From: Octopus vulgaris
Taxonomy: Eukaryota
NCBI GenBank assembly: GCA_951406725.2
Contig: OX597824.1
Location: 88,908,001 to 88,972,000, forward strand
Length of the DNA: 64,000 nucleotides
Direction of reading: 5' to 3'
Shown here: in pieces, positions 12,969 through 64,000 of the stretch
Layout of the letters: each line of letters starts with the position of its first letter
Numbering within the stretch: position 1 is the stretch's first letter
The notes under the pieces: generated by a model
The model's database searches: none
The model's input: only the letters and a program-made list of their open reading frames with translations
What the model was told of the DNA's origin: nothing
Translations under genes and position numbers: made by a program

Positions 12969-13079
12969 GAATATGTATGAATATATGAAAAATATATATA
13001 TGTATGTATTTATGTATGTATGTATGTATATATATAATATATATATATATGTATATGTATGTATGTATATATATAATAT

Positions 13080-13115
<36 letters not shown>

Positions 13116-13116
13116 G

Positions 13117-13147
<31 letters not shown>

Positions 13148-13275
13148 GTATATATATATGTATGTATATATATATGTATGTATATATGTATGTATATATA
13201 TATCTATATATATATGTATGTATGTATGTATATATGTATGTATGTATATATGTATGTATATATGTATGTATGATG

Positions 13276-13306
<31 letters not shown>
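12815..13306. repeat. (TA)n/(TATG)n compound microsatellite
   Basis: Directly visible. Confidence 0.95.
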
Positions 13307-13324
13307 AGTCGCCATGATTGACCG

Positions 13325-13495
13325 TTAACTTCAAAAGTATTTTTTATTCTCCCTCTGTTTATTTCCTTTCTGTTGAAGAGCATAGGCTCGAAACGTAAAA
13401 GACTTTCTCACCTTCCCGAGCAGCAAACTAATACACCTGCTTGTTGTTTATACACCTGTCTTCGTCTTTTGTTTTTCTGTAAATTTCAACTATAT
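13325..13495 (+). mobile_element. Family P2 Penelope-like repeat with variant hammerhead (13366-13401)
   Basis: cttt-CTGTTGA-a-gagc-atag-gctc-GAAA-CG-TA-aaag; ends in (TA)n. Confidence 0.65.
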
Positions 13496-14570
13496 ATATA
13501 TCGCATTCTTTGATTTTTCCTGAGTTTCCACAGTGGCTGTCACTCAATGGCGTGGTGTAGAGACAGATATACAGGTATACCATAAAGGCAAGGGTAATAG
13601 TCGGAGGGAAATTATGATGTTAATGTTGTAACAAAAAGTCATCTGAAATATATTTGTATTTAAGCAATTATTACTGTTGCATCATGGGTGTTTGTGGATT
13701 GGCAGAAACGATAGAGCGTTGGACAGAATGCTCCTTGCGTTCTGAGTTCAAATGCATTTCAAGTCATCTTTGCTTTTCATCCATCAGAGGTTGATAAGAT
13801 AAAATACGATTAAGTATTAGGAGCAACCCAGTCGATAATGCTCGACCCCTCCACCCCAAATGAATGGCATTCCGTCTATGTTAGAAATAGAAGTTATTAT
13901 TGTTAGGTGAGAAGTTTTGGTCTCACATAAAACAGAGCACCTTGTTGTAGCAAAAACAATTCCGCACGTTGCTACGCATTACATTGCAATAAAGAATTCC
14001 AATACTAATCATAATCAGTCACCAAAAATGCAGGTTATACAAACTTAGCGAAGACAATTGAAAATATTTCTGCTTGATATTGAAGGTTTGGCCAAGGTAG
14101 AATGTGAAAAAAGAGCGAATAAAGGTGACTAATTTATTCGATTGTATAAGATCAATAATTATCGATACAAATTGGTTCTGTTGTATTCATTGAAATGAAT
14201 ACAATAACCACAGAAAATATATCGTCCCCTAAAACTATACTGAATGGATCACTTCATTTAACAACCAGACATTGTTATCAAGGATGGAAAGTAAAATTAT
14301 AGCATTTTATCGGTGTCTTCGTGCTATAAAGTAATTTTTGGGTATCATACATAAGAAACTAAAGAGAAAAATAAAACGAACCTTTGTCAATATAGAAACG
14401 GACCAAAATATCAAGTTGAAAAAATATCGAGCAGTCCACTCCACGCTAAAATAACACTTGCTCTGACTAACCAACTCACGCACGCAGACTCATATACAGA
14501 CGCGAGTCCTTTTCGCATACAGATACGCATGTATTCTTTTGATATATATATATATATATATATAAATCCC

Positions 14571-14638
<68 letters not shown>

Positions 14639-14801
14639 ACACACGCACACATACACACACACACACACACAAACACACACATCTATTACAAGAAGTGACA
14701 AGTTCAAAAGGAAATATGTTTGGCTATTTGAAATAAAGAACTCAAAGATAATTCTCGAAGAGTCACAGGCAAAACAAAATATATTTTGTCGGGCTGACGA
14801 T

Positions 14802-14832
<31 letters not shown>

Positions 14833-14858
14833 ATGTATGCATGTATGTATATATATAT

Positions 14859-15073
14859 ACTCTTTTACTTGTTTCAGTCATTTGACTGCGACCATGCAGG
14901 AGCACCGCCTTTACTCGAACAAATCATCCTAGGACTTACTGTTTGTAAGCCTGGTACTTATTCTATCGGTCTCTTTTGCCGAACCGCTAAGTTACGGGGA
15001 CGTAAACACAATAACACCGGTAGTCAAGCAGTGGTGGGGTACAACCACAGACACAAAGACACACGCACGCACG

Positions 15074-15112
<39 letters not shown>

Positions 15113-15275
15113 ACACATATACGACGGGCTTCTTTCAGTTTCCGCCTGCCAGATCCACTCACAAGGCTTTGGTTGGCCCAAGGCTATAGCAGAAGATACT
15201 TGCCCAACGTGCCACGCAGTGGGATTGAATTCGGAACTATGAGTCAAAGAAGTAAGCTTCTTACCGCACAGCTAC
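14859..15275 (-). mobile_element. Family A SINE
   Basis: Reverse complement of 8157-8613, moderately diverged. Confidence 0.85.
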
Positions 15276-15559
15276 ACCAAATATATATTTGTTCGTATAC
15301 AAGGGGAACAGATTTTTTTATTGCATATTTTGTTAAAGATACGACTGTGTTCAAGTTTTATTTTTTGTTATAGTTTTTTCGTATTTTTTATCATTTTTAT
15401 CAGGATTTTTTTATCATTTTTATCATGGTTTGGAACAATAAAGTTCCAAAATTTATTATTCAAGGTTTCCAGATCTTCACAGTCTCATTTTCATGAATTG
15501 ATATACACTGGACGTCAGTATTTTTCTTTACACCGGTCGAATTCGTCTAGACTGTCCTC

Positions 15560-15705
15560 ACTGGTGTTTCTTTTTTTTTTATCAACCCTGAAAAAGATGA
15601 ACGGCAAAGATGACCTCGGCGGTACTTGAACTCAGAACGCAAAGAGCCGGAAGAAATGTGAAAAGCATTTTGTCCGACGACGAAAGATTCTGCCAGCTCA
15701 CCGCC

Positions 15706-15749
<44 letters not shown>

Positions 15750-15945
15750 CCTTTTTTCTAAAGGATTATTATTATTAGTTGATTAGTTGATTTCATCGAC
15801 CCCAGTATTCAACTGGTACTTATTTTATCGACCTCGAGTGAATGGAAGGCAAAGTCGACCTCTGTGGAATTTGTACTCAGAACGTAATGACAGACGAAAT
15901 GTCGCATAGCATTTTGTCCGGCGTGCTAACGATTTGTGACCGTGG
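15560..15945 (-). mobile_element. Two degenerate family D SINE monomers separated by (AAT)n
   Basis: GGCAAAGTCGACCTC...GAACTCAGAACG...CTGCCAGCTCACCGCCTT segments. Confidence 0.7.
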
Positions 15946-15966
15946 ATAATAATAATAATAATAATG

Positions 15967-16026
<60 letters not shown>

Positions 16027-16039
16027 GTAATAATAATTA

Positions 16040-16978
16040 GGAACGAGGGAGTATTGAAAGCAGAGAAAAAAGGTAAACAAAGGAAGAAGTACAAAAAGGA
16101 CATGAAGAAGAATTACGCAAGAAGGGATTTCACAATCAATTCCCTGTATTCATAACAGAAGTTGCTGGAAAAAATAGGTGGCATTGGCTGATGAAAGGAA
16201 CCCTAAAATCAGACCGAGAGCACTATACTGGCAGCGCAGGACCTAACTTTGGCCATGAACTGAAGGGTCAACCTAAGGAACGAGCAAGTGTCCCTGATGT
16301 ACCGCATCTGCAATAGAGTGGATGGAACCATTGCCTATATCATGAGCGAATGCCCCAGAGTTGCCCAAGTTGTGACGACACGATCAGGTAGCGAAAGTGC
16401 TACATTGGAAGCTGTGTGAAAAATAGGGGCTAGAGAGAGGCAAAACGTGGTACGAGCACAAACCGCAGAGAGAAGCGGAGTAGGAGACTTGCAAGATCGT
16501 CTGGGATTTCCCAATCAAAGCAGATCTGGTGTTAGAGCATAACAGACCGGACCGAGTGGTGGTGAGCAAGGTGCACCATATATGCTATATAGTTGACGCT
16601 GGATGCATCTTTGACCCACGAATAGTCAAGAAGGAAGGCGAAAAGATAGATAAAGACAACTCTCTTAAGTACGAAATATCCCGGCTCTGGAAAATGAAGA
16701 AGGTGAAGATAGTGCCAATTATTGTTGGGTCCTTGGGAACAGTATCAGAAGGCATCAAGAGGAATATAAAGGAAATTGGAATAGAGTGCCCTGTAGAACT
16801 GTTGCGAAAGGTTTGCTTCCTTGGCACGGCCAGAATAATCAGGAAAGTATTAGATAGCTGAAAAGATGGAATAGCATGATACGGCAGGGAATAAGTCTGC
16901 TACGCATTCAAGGTTTCAGGAGTTTTAACAGAACCTGAATTAAAAAGAAAAATAATAATAGTAATAAAGATAATAATA
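16040..16978 (+). mobile_element. 5'-truncated R4/Dong-like non-LTR retrotransposon (zinc knuckle + restriction-like endonuclease), decayed
   Basis: Translates to xRICNRV...MSECP...RHDQVAKVLHWKLC...WYEHKP...WDFPIKADLVLEHNRPD...KYEISRLWKMKKVKIVPIIVGSLG...GTARIIRKVLDS*; flanked by (TAA)n. Confidence 0.85.
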
Positions 16979-17444
16979 TTTGGGTACAAGGGTAATAATT
17001 TGCAGGAGTAATAGATACCAATAATTCTAGTATTTGTCTGGTACTTTATTATTGATACTAATGTTACTCGTAGGGAATGGGTGATTAACAGTGTTGTTAG
17101 TGCGTCGAATAAAATGAATTGTGGTGGTCAACCGTTTCATGTCATTACGTTCTGAGTTAAATCTCGCCTTTGTTTTTCATCTTTTTCGAGGTTAATACAA
17201 TAAGTGTGAATCAACTGCCAGCGTTGATGTTATCTTCTGACCTCTGACCTCTGACCCCCAGATCTCAGGCATTTTGCCTTGGTTAGCAATCAACAATCAA
17301 GCGACAAACTGTACCAATCTTTTATATAAAAGAAAAATCTTAAAACCGAGAGAGGAAACAACAGCAACACCACTAATATTGATGAAAGCCACAATAATAA
17401 TAATAATAGTAGTAGTAGTAATAATAATAATGATAATAATAATG

Positions 17445-17493
<49 letters not shown>

Positions 17494-17519
17494 TTATGAA
17501 AATAATAATAATGATAATG

Positions 17520-17629
17520 ATTTTCCAGACAGTAACCATCAGAGCATCACAACAAATCACAGCACATACCCAAGGCACACAGACCTGCGCTCGGTAGTGA
17601 AGTGAAAGCACGCTATAAAAATAAAACTG

Positions 17630-17635
<6 letters not shown>
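17520..17635 (+). mobile_element. Probable LINE 3'-end fragment inserted in (TAA)n
   Basis: Non-repetitive ~115-bp island between two long (TAA)n tracts, ending AATAAAACTGCTGAATAATAA. Confidence 0.4.
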
Positions 17636-17683
<48 letters not shown>

Positions 17684-18043
17684 TGTTTCTAATATATTCG
17701 CAAAACCTCCAATTTAACGAAGTGGAAGATGAGGTCGTGCCGTTCATGCTTATTCGCATGGAGACATTGCAAGCTTATGTAGTCGCGAAACACCATCCAT
17801 TAGGAATTAAAACTTAACCACAAACCCGGCTCGTCGGGACCCAAAGCATTGGACCTTAGCCTTAGTGATATTTGCTCTGACTTTTGCTCTGTTACCTTCT
17901 GGGTTCAGGGCCCGCCGAAGTCAAACTTTGATTTTCATCCTTCCTGGGACGACAAAATAAGGAGCTAGCGAAGCACTGGGACCAGTTTAATCGACCAACG
18001 TCACTTCTTTGAAATTTCAGGCTTTGTGCCTATACTAGCAACA

Positions 18044-18121
<78 letters not shown>

Positions 18122-18125
<4 letters not shown>

Positions 18126-18295
18126 GTTTGACTTTTGCTTTATGTTTGTACAAGTTGGCTCCAAGTCTCACCCAGAGACCTCAAGAGACAACAGGTTGGA
18201 AGTTCACGTTGTTGTTATGCCTAGTGTGCCATATATTTGGTTTTTTTGTTTTGGTGTTGTACTAGTGAATGTCTAATACATAAATTAAAAAAAAA

Positions 18296-18297
<2 letters not shown>
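18122..18297 (-). mobile_element. Probable LINE 3'-end fragment inserted in (TAA)n
   Basis: Island between (TTA)n tracts; minus strand reads ...TCTTGAGGTCTCTGGGTGAGACTTGGA...AAAAGTCAAACATATAATAAT. Confidence 0.45.
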
Positions 18298-18334
<37 letters not shown>

Positions 18335-18719
18335 GTTAATTTTTTTTTATCTCGTTTTAAACATTTTCATGCAAATTTCTCCTGCACCACCGGGTACATA
18401 CACCCGCATTGCTGAGGCTTAAGTAGCATTATGTTTTAGGAGGGGTTGGTGGCGGTGGTGTAGAATTGATTTTGAGAAATCTGTCTGGCTTTGTCTTAGA
18501 GTTTGTTTTTTTGTTTCTGTTGTTAATAATTCTTATTCCGGTTTAAGTTCGCTTTGTTTGTTTTAAAGCGCTCCAAAATTGATTTCGATCTCGTAAATTT
18601 TATTTTATTGATCTCGTCCATTATTTTGTATATTTTTAAAAATTCGTTTGTTTATTTTATTTTGCATTTTTAGTGTCTTTATTTAATTTTTTTGTTTGAT
18701 TGATTGTTTTTTATAATTT

Positions 18720-59235
<40,516 letters not shown>

Positions 59236-59399
59236 CTGGGAATGTAATAATACAAGAATAAACATGTGTTTGTATATGTGTGCGTGTATGTGTATGAGTG
59301 TGTGTGTATATTTTTATCTTGTATTTTATTGTGTAGTTTTATTGTTACATCCTGTTTGTGTTCTTACCCGTTTCCCCCCGCAGCTTGGAATTTTATTTT

Positions 59400-59675
59400 A
59401 ATTCTCTCGCAGGAAGGCCTATTTAACGAGTGTCCTGTCTTGCCTTCGAAACACGCCTGAGTTAACTAGCGACAGCTGATGACGGTGGATTTTTCCTTGT
59501 GTAGCTTGTCCTGTACTTGTTTTCTTGTTGTAAAAAAAATTTTTGGATTTTTCCTTGTGTAGCCTGTCCTGTACTTGACGTTAAATTTTTGTTTTTCCCA
59601 TTTCTACGTTTATACTTATGTATATTTATTTATATATGCATGTATATATACATGTAGATGTAGGTACGTACATAT
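59400..59675 (+). mobile_element. Penelope-like repeat remnant, family P3
   Basis: AAGGC...GCCTTCGAAAC and CAGCTGATGA motifs; internal duplication of GGATTTTTCCTTGTGTAGC.TGTCCTGTACTTG; related to 41200-41428. Confidence 0.45.
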
Positions 59676-59794
59676 ATGTTTGTATGTATGCATATATTTT
59701 TAATTATCACATTATTGTCTGACAGCGCCCCGCGTCAGGTTCGTTTCGATTTGTCGGTTCGTTCCACTTTTTATCTCCATTCAATTTATATATA

Positions 59795-59859
<65 letters not shown>

Positions 59860-59870
59860 TATAAATACAT

Positions 59871-59955
<85 letters not shown>

Positions 59956-60046
59956 TATATACGTTCACATACACATATATGGTATGTGTGTGTGTAAGTG
60001 TGTGTATATAAATAAATATATATATAAATACATATATATAAATACA

Positions 60047-60714
60047 TATATTCTCAGAACTTTCCAGTCGAGAGATATCCACACCATTATCCTTCTCTTC
60101 TCCACTTTTGCCCGATCCCACCTTGAATACTGTTGTCCACTGTGGTCTCCCCACACAATACAAGGTATCATAAAAGTTGAAGCACCTCAAAGGGCAATCA
60201 CAAAAAAGATAGATGGCATGACAGGCCTCGACTATTGGGGTCGACTAGAAAAGCTAAAACTTTATTCTCTCCAACGTCGTCGTGAGCGCTACATCATCTG
60301 CATGATGTGGAAAATATTCCATCAGCATTGCCCAAATGATGTTGGCATCACCTTTAAGGTACATCCAAGGCTTGGGCCCCGTGCCATCTGCCCAAAACAA
60401 AAATCACACTCTCATCTCATAACAACAATATGGCACAATTATTTCACCTCAATTGGCCCCGCTCTCTTTAACATTACACCAAAACACATTAAAACAGAAA
60501 CTGACCCTATAGGGTTCAAGAAGTCTTTGGACAGATTCCTTCAAGAAATCCCGGATAAACCCCCTACACCCGGATATGTCTCTGTAAACAATAACTCTCT
60601 ACTTGAGTGGGCCATAGTGCCCAAATTCTGACTTGAAAGACTTCACCAGGTGGTGCTATTAAGTTGGACATGGCCTGGGCCAATAATGGCCGAAACCTAT
60701 CAAAGTATCAAAGT
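60047..60714 (+). mobile_element. 5'-truncated CR1-clade LINE 3' end
   Basis: Open frame LRTFQSRD...[13 protein letters not shown]...QRAITKKI...[19 protein letters not shown]...FKKSLDRFL...*; short UTR and tandem (TATCAAAG) tail. Confidence 0.88.
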
Positions 60715-60780
60715 ATATGCATATATAAATATGCGTTTATATATATATATATATATATATGTCTGTGTGTGTATATATTC

Positions 60781-61043
60781 TTTTATTTATTTGTTTCAGT
60801 CATTTGGCTGTGGCCATGCTGGAGCACCGCCTTTAGTCGAACAAATCGACCCCAAAACTTTTTCTTTGTAAGCCTAGTATCGGTATCTTTTGCTGAACCG
60901 CTAAGTTACGGGAACGTAGAAACACCAAGATCGGTTGTCAAGCGATGGTGGGAGGACAAACACAGACACAAACATACATACATACATACAAACATTATAT
61001 ATATGTGTATATATATATATATGTAAATATATATATATATGTA

Positions 61044-61084
<41 letters not shown>

Positions 61085-61256
61085 CATATACGACGGGCTT
61101 CTTTCAGTTTCTGTCTACCTAATCCACTCACAAGTCTCTCGTAGGCCCGAGGCTATAGAAGAAAAAAAACCTTGCCCAAGGTGCCACGCAGTGGGACTGA
61201 ACCCGAAACCATGTGGTTGGTAAGCAAGCTACTTACCACACTGTCACTTCTGCGCC
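60781..61256 (-). mobile_element. Family A SINE
   Basis: Reverse complement of 8157-8613. Confidence 0.86.
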
Positions 61257-61534
61257 GATATACACATCTGTATATACATAGGGTTCGTTATGGAAACAGT
61301 CTCTAGCTCCCAGTCCCTTTCTCCCTATATATTATGATATATAATATATATACATTTAATGTGGTTTTAGAGTCAGGTTTTGGCTGCTATTTCCAGCGTG
61401 GTGGTATCTCTTAGATATCCTAAATTATAATTTTAATAATAATTATTACCTTTGAAGGTTTTTATTCCCATCCTGGCCATTTGATAAGATCGATATTTAA
61501 TTTAACAATTTTATCCTTATTTATATATATTATG

Positions 61535-61643
<109 letters not shown>

Positions 61644-61681
61644 GTATACATATATATATGTATACATATATATATATATGT

Positions 61682-61734
<53 letters not shown>

Positions 61735-61741
61735 AATATAA

Positions 61742-61795
<54 letters not shown>

Positions 61796-61860
61796 CTGTA
61801 TGTGTATCTATAAGCATCCGCACAAAGATGCATATACTTTAATGTTATTCATAAAAGAGT

Positions 61861-61906
<46 letters not shown>

Positions 61907-62417
61907 ATGTATACGCGTACATACATACACAAACCCGCATCTGTGAACGCTCACAAAATAAACATTTCAGTGAATTAAAGTTTATATGCATTATGTGCAT
62001 GGAATAAATCATGCGGCCAGTTACGTGCACAAAACTACCGATGCAATGCCAATACCGGACACTGTTCGCTTAGATCCCCCTACTAAATAGTTTGCCCATT
62101 AAATATACACTGAAAACACCGGTGTGTCTTTAAACGTATTGTCCCAACATGGCGGACATTGCAGATTGACGGCTCATTTCCGGTCATGATATGTATTGTA
62201 GAGAGTAATATGGCTGGATGTCGCGGAAGGTTGTTTAGGTGACGTAAGATGACCGATGTATGGGAAGTGGGAGGAGGAGACATGCAGGAACTTGATTCGG
62301 TTTTAGCGTAGTTATATTGTTGGCTTTGTACGTACGTCAGCATTGGTGTATGCACAGATGTATTCATGCGCACGCAGGTGACGTCTTCACAATAAATGCA
62401 TACAATGTGTACACCTG

Positions 62418-62716
62418 TGCATACATACATACACATACATACTTACATACTACATACATACATAGATGCATACATACATACATACATACTGACATACTAC
62501 ATACATACATACATACATACATACATACTTACATACATACACACATACATACAAACATACTACATACATACATACATGCATACATACATATATACATACA
62601 TACATACATACTTACATACTACATACATACATACATACATACATACATACATACATGCATACATACTTACATACTACATACATACATACATACACACACA
62701 TACATACATACATACA

Positions 62717-62750
<34 letters not shown>

Positions 62751-63135
62751 CATACATATATACATACATACATACATACATACATACTTACATACATACA
62801 CACACACATACATATATACATACATACATACATACATGCATACATGCATACATACATACATACTTACATACACGCATACACACATAATACATATATACAT
62901 ACATGCATGCATACATACACATACATACATACATACATACATACATACATACATACATACATACATACATACATACATACATACATACATACATACATAC
63001 ATACATACATACATACATACATACATACATACATACATACATACATACATACATACATACATACATACACACATACATACATACATACATGCATACATAC
63101 ATACATACATACACGCATACATATATACATACAAA
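62418..63135. repeat. ~700-bp imperfect (TACA)n tract
   Basis: Directly visible. Confidence 0.95.
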
Positions 63136-63214
63136 GATACATATATATGTGTGTATGTATGTCTGTACGTATGAATGTGTCTGTGTGTATTTAAATTGCA
63201 GAGACAGTAAAAAT

Positions 63215-63500
63215 CATTTATAGAGGCATTAAGCTCTTCCAGCTTCTTAAGAATTTCAGATCGAACTGCAAAATCAACTTCAGCCTCCCTGTACTCCTAC
63301 TTCGATTACCTCTGCTAGAAATAAACGTAATGACCTCTAACCTTCTCAAGCTAACCCTAACCTCCCAAACTGCTCTCTGCAAAAGCAGTTTTATCTTTGT
63401 TATATCCATTCAGTTCGCTAGCACCAAATGCACTAAGTCTTTCTGGCCTACATTTACTCTTGTTATCTAAAAGAGGACGCACATTCCGGCTTGAAGTATT
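63215..63500 (-). mobile_element. Ancient RTE-clade LINE AP-endonuclease N-terminal fragment
   Basis: RNVRPLLDNKSKCRPERLSAFGASELNGYN...YREAEVDFAVRSEILKKLEEL...IND with stops; resembles the RTE WNVRTLLD...RPERRTA...ELxRY...REAGVGFAI pattern. Confidence 0.65.
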
Positions 63501-63527
63501 CATATTCCATCCAGAGTTTGTAAATAT

Positions 63528-63927
63528 TTATTTCTTTATTACCCACAATGGGCTAAACATAGAGGGGTCAAACAAGGACAGACAAACGTATTAAGTCGAA
63601 TACATCGACCCCAGTGCGTCACTGGTACTTAATTTATCGACCCCGAAAGGATGAAAGGTAAAGTCGACCTTGGCGGAATTTGAACTCAGAACGCAGCGGC
63701 GGACGAAATACCTATTTCTTTACTACCCACAAGGGGCTAAACACAGAGAGGACAAACAAGGACAGACAGACAGATTAAGTTGATTATATCGACCCCAGTG
63801 CGTAACTGGTACTTAATTTATCGACCCCGAAAGGATGAAAGGTAAAGTCGACCTAGGTGGAATTTGAACTCAGAACGCAGCGGCAAATACCACAAAGCAT
63901 TTCGCCCGGCGTGCTAACGTTTGTGCC
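63528..63927 (-). mobile_element. Family D SINE dimer
   Basis: Two ~184-bp units with the same CGAAATAC|CTATTTCTTT junction. Confidence 0.86.
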
Positions 63928-64000
63928 ATTATCTTTGTCTTGCGATCGCAATGTTGACATCCATCAGTCGCGCAAAACCGACTTAATTGAAAAAGATTGG

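Noticed and set aside
59984-60631. 215-aa ORF as a host gene
   Set aside because: It is the C-terminal part of a CR1-clade ORF2 fused to a microsatellite-derived start.

Overview
Eukaryotic, AT-rich, microsatellite-saturated genomic DNA, inferred to be octopus/coleoid cephalopod from the SINE families and repeat landscape. Nearly all ORFs in the supplied track are translations of simple repeats. The one host gene I can support is a minus-strand ALK/LTK-family receptor tyrosine kinase. Ten GT-AG exons from 59235 down to 18720 splice in frame into the juxtamembrane region (NPTY), a complete kinase domain and a 393-aa terminal exon that is mostly low-complexity tail. The kinase exon sizes (91/65/130/98/93/102/135/91 nt) match human ALK exons 21-28 as I recall them; the TM and extracellular exons appear to lie beyond the window. 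The rest is transposon-derived: two decayed DD37D (maT) Tc1/mariner elements, hAT and Tigger-like MITEs, non-autonomous Helitrons, R4/Dong-like, CR1 and RTE LINE fragments, and several tRNA-derived SINE families (one in recurrent ~184-bp multimers). The most unusual signal is a set of short, microsatellite-embedded elements carrying minimal type I hammerhead-ribozyme motifs with palindromic stem III (Penelope pLTR/retrozyme-like). These include a tRNA-headed hammerhead element in a head-to-head inversion (38465-38972) and a perfect 118-bp palindrome (2536-2653). All calls were read by eye with no database searches.
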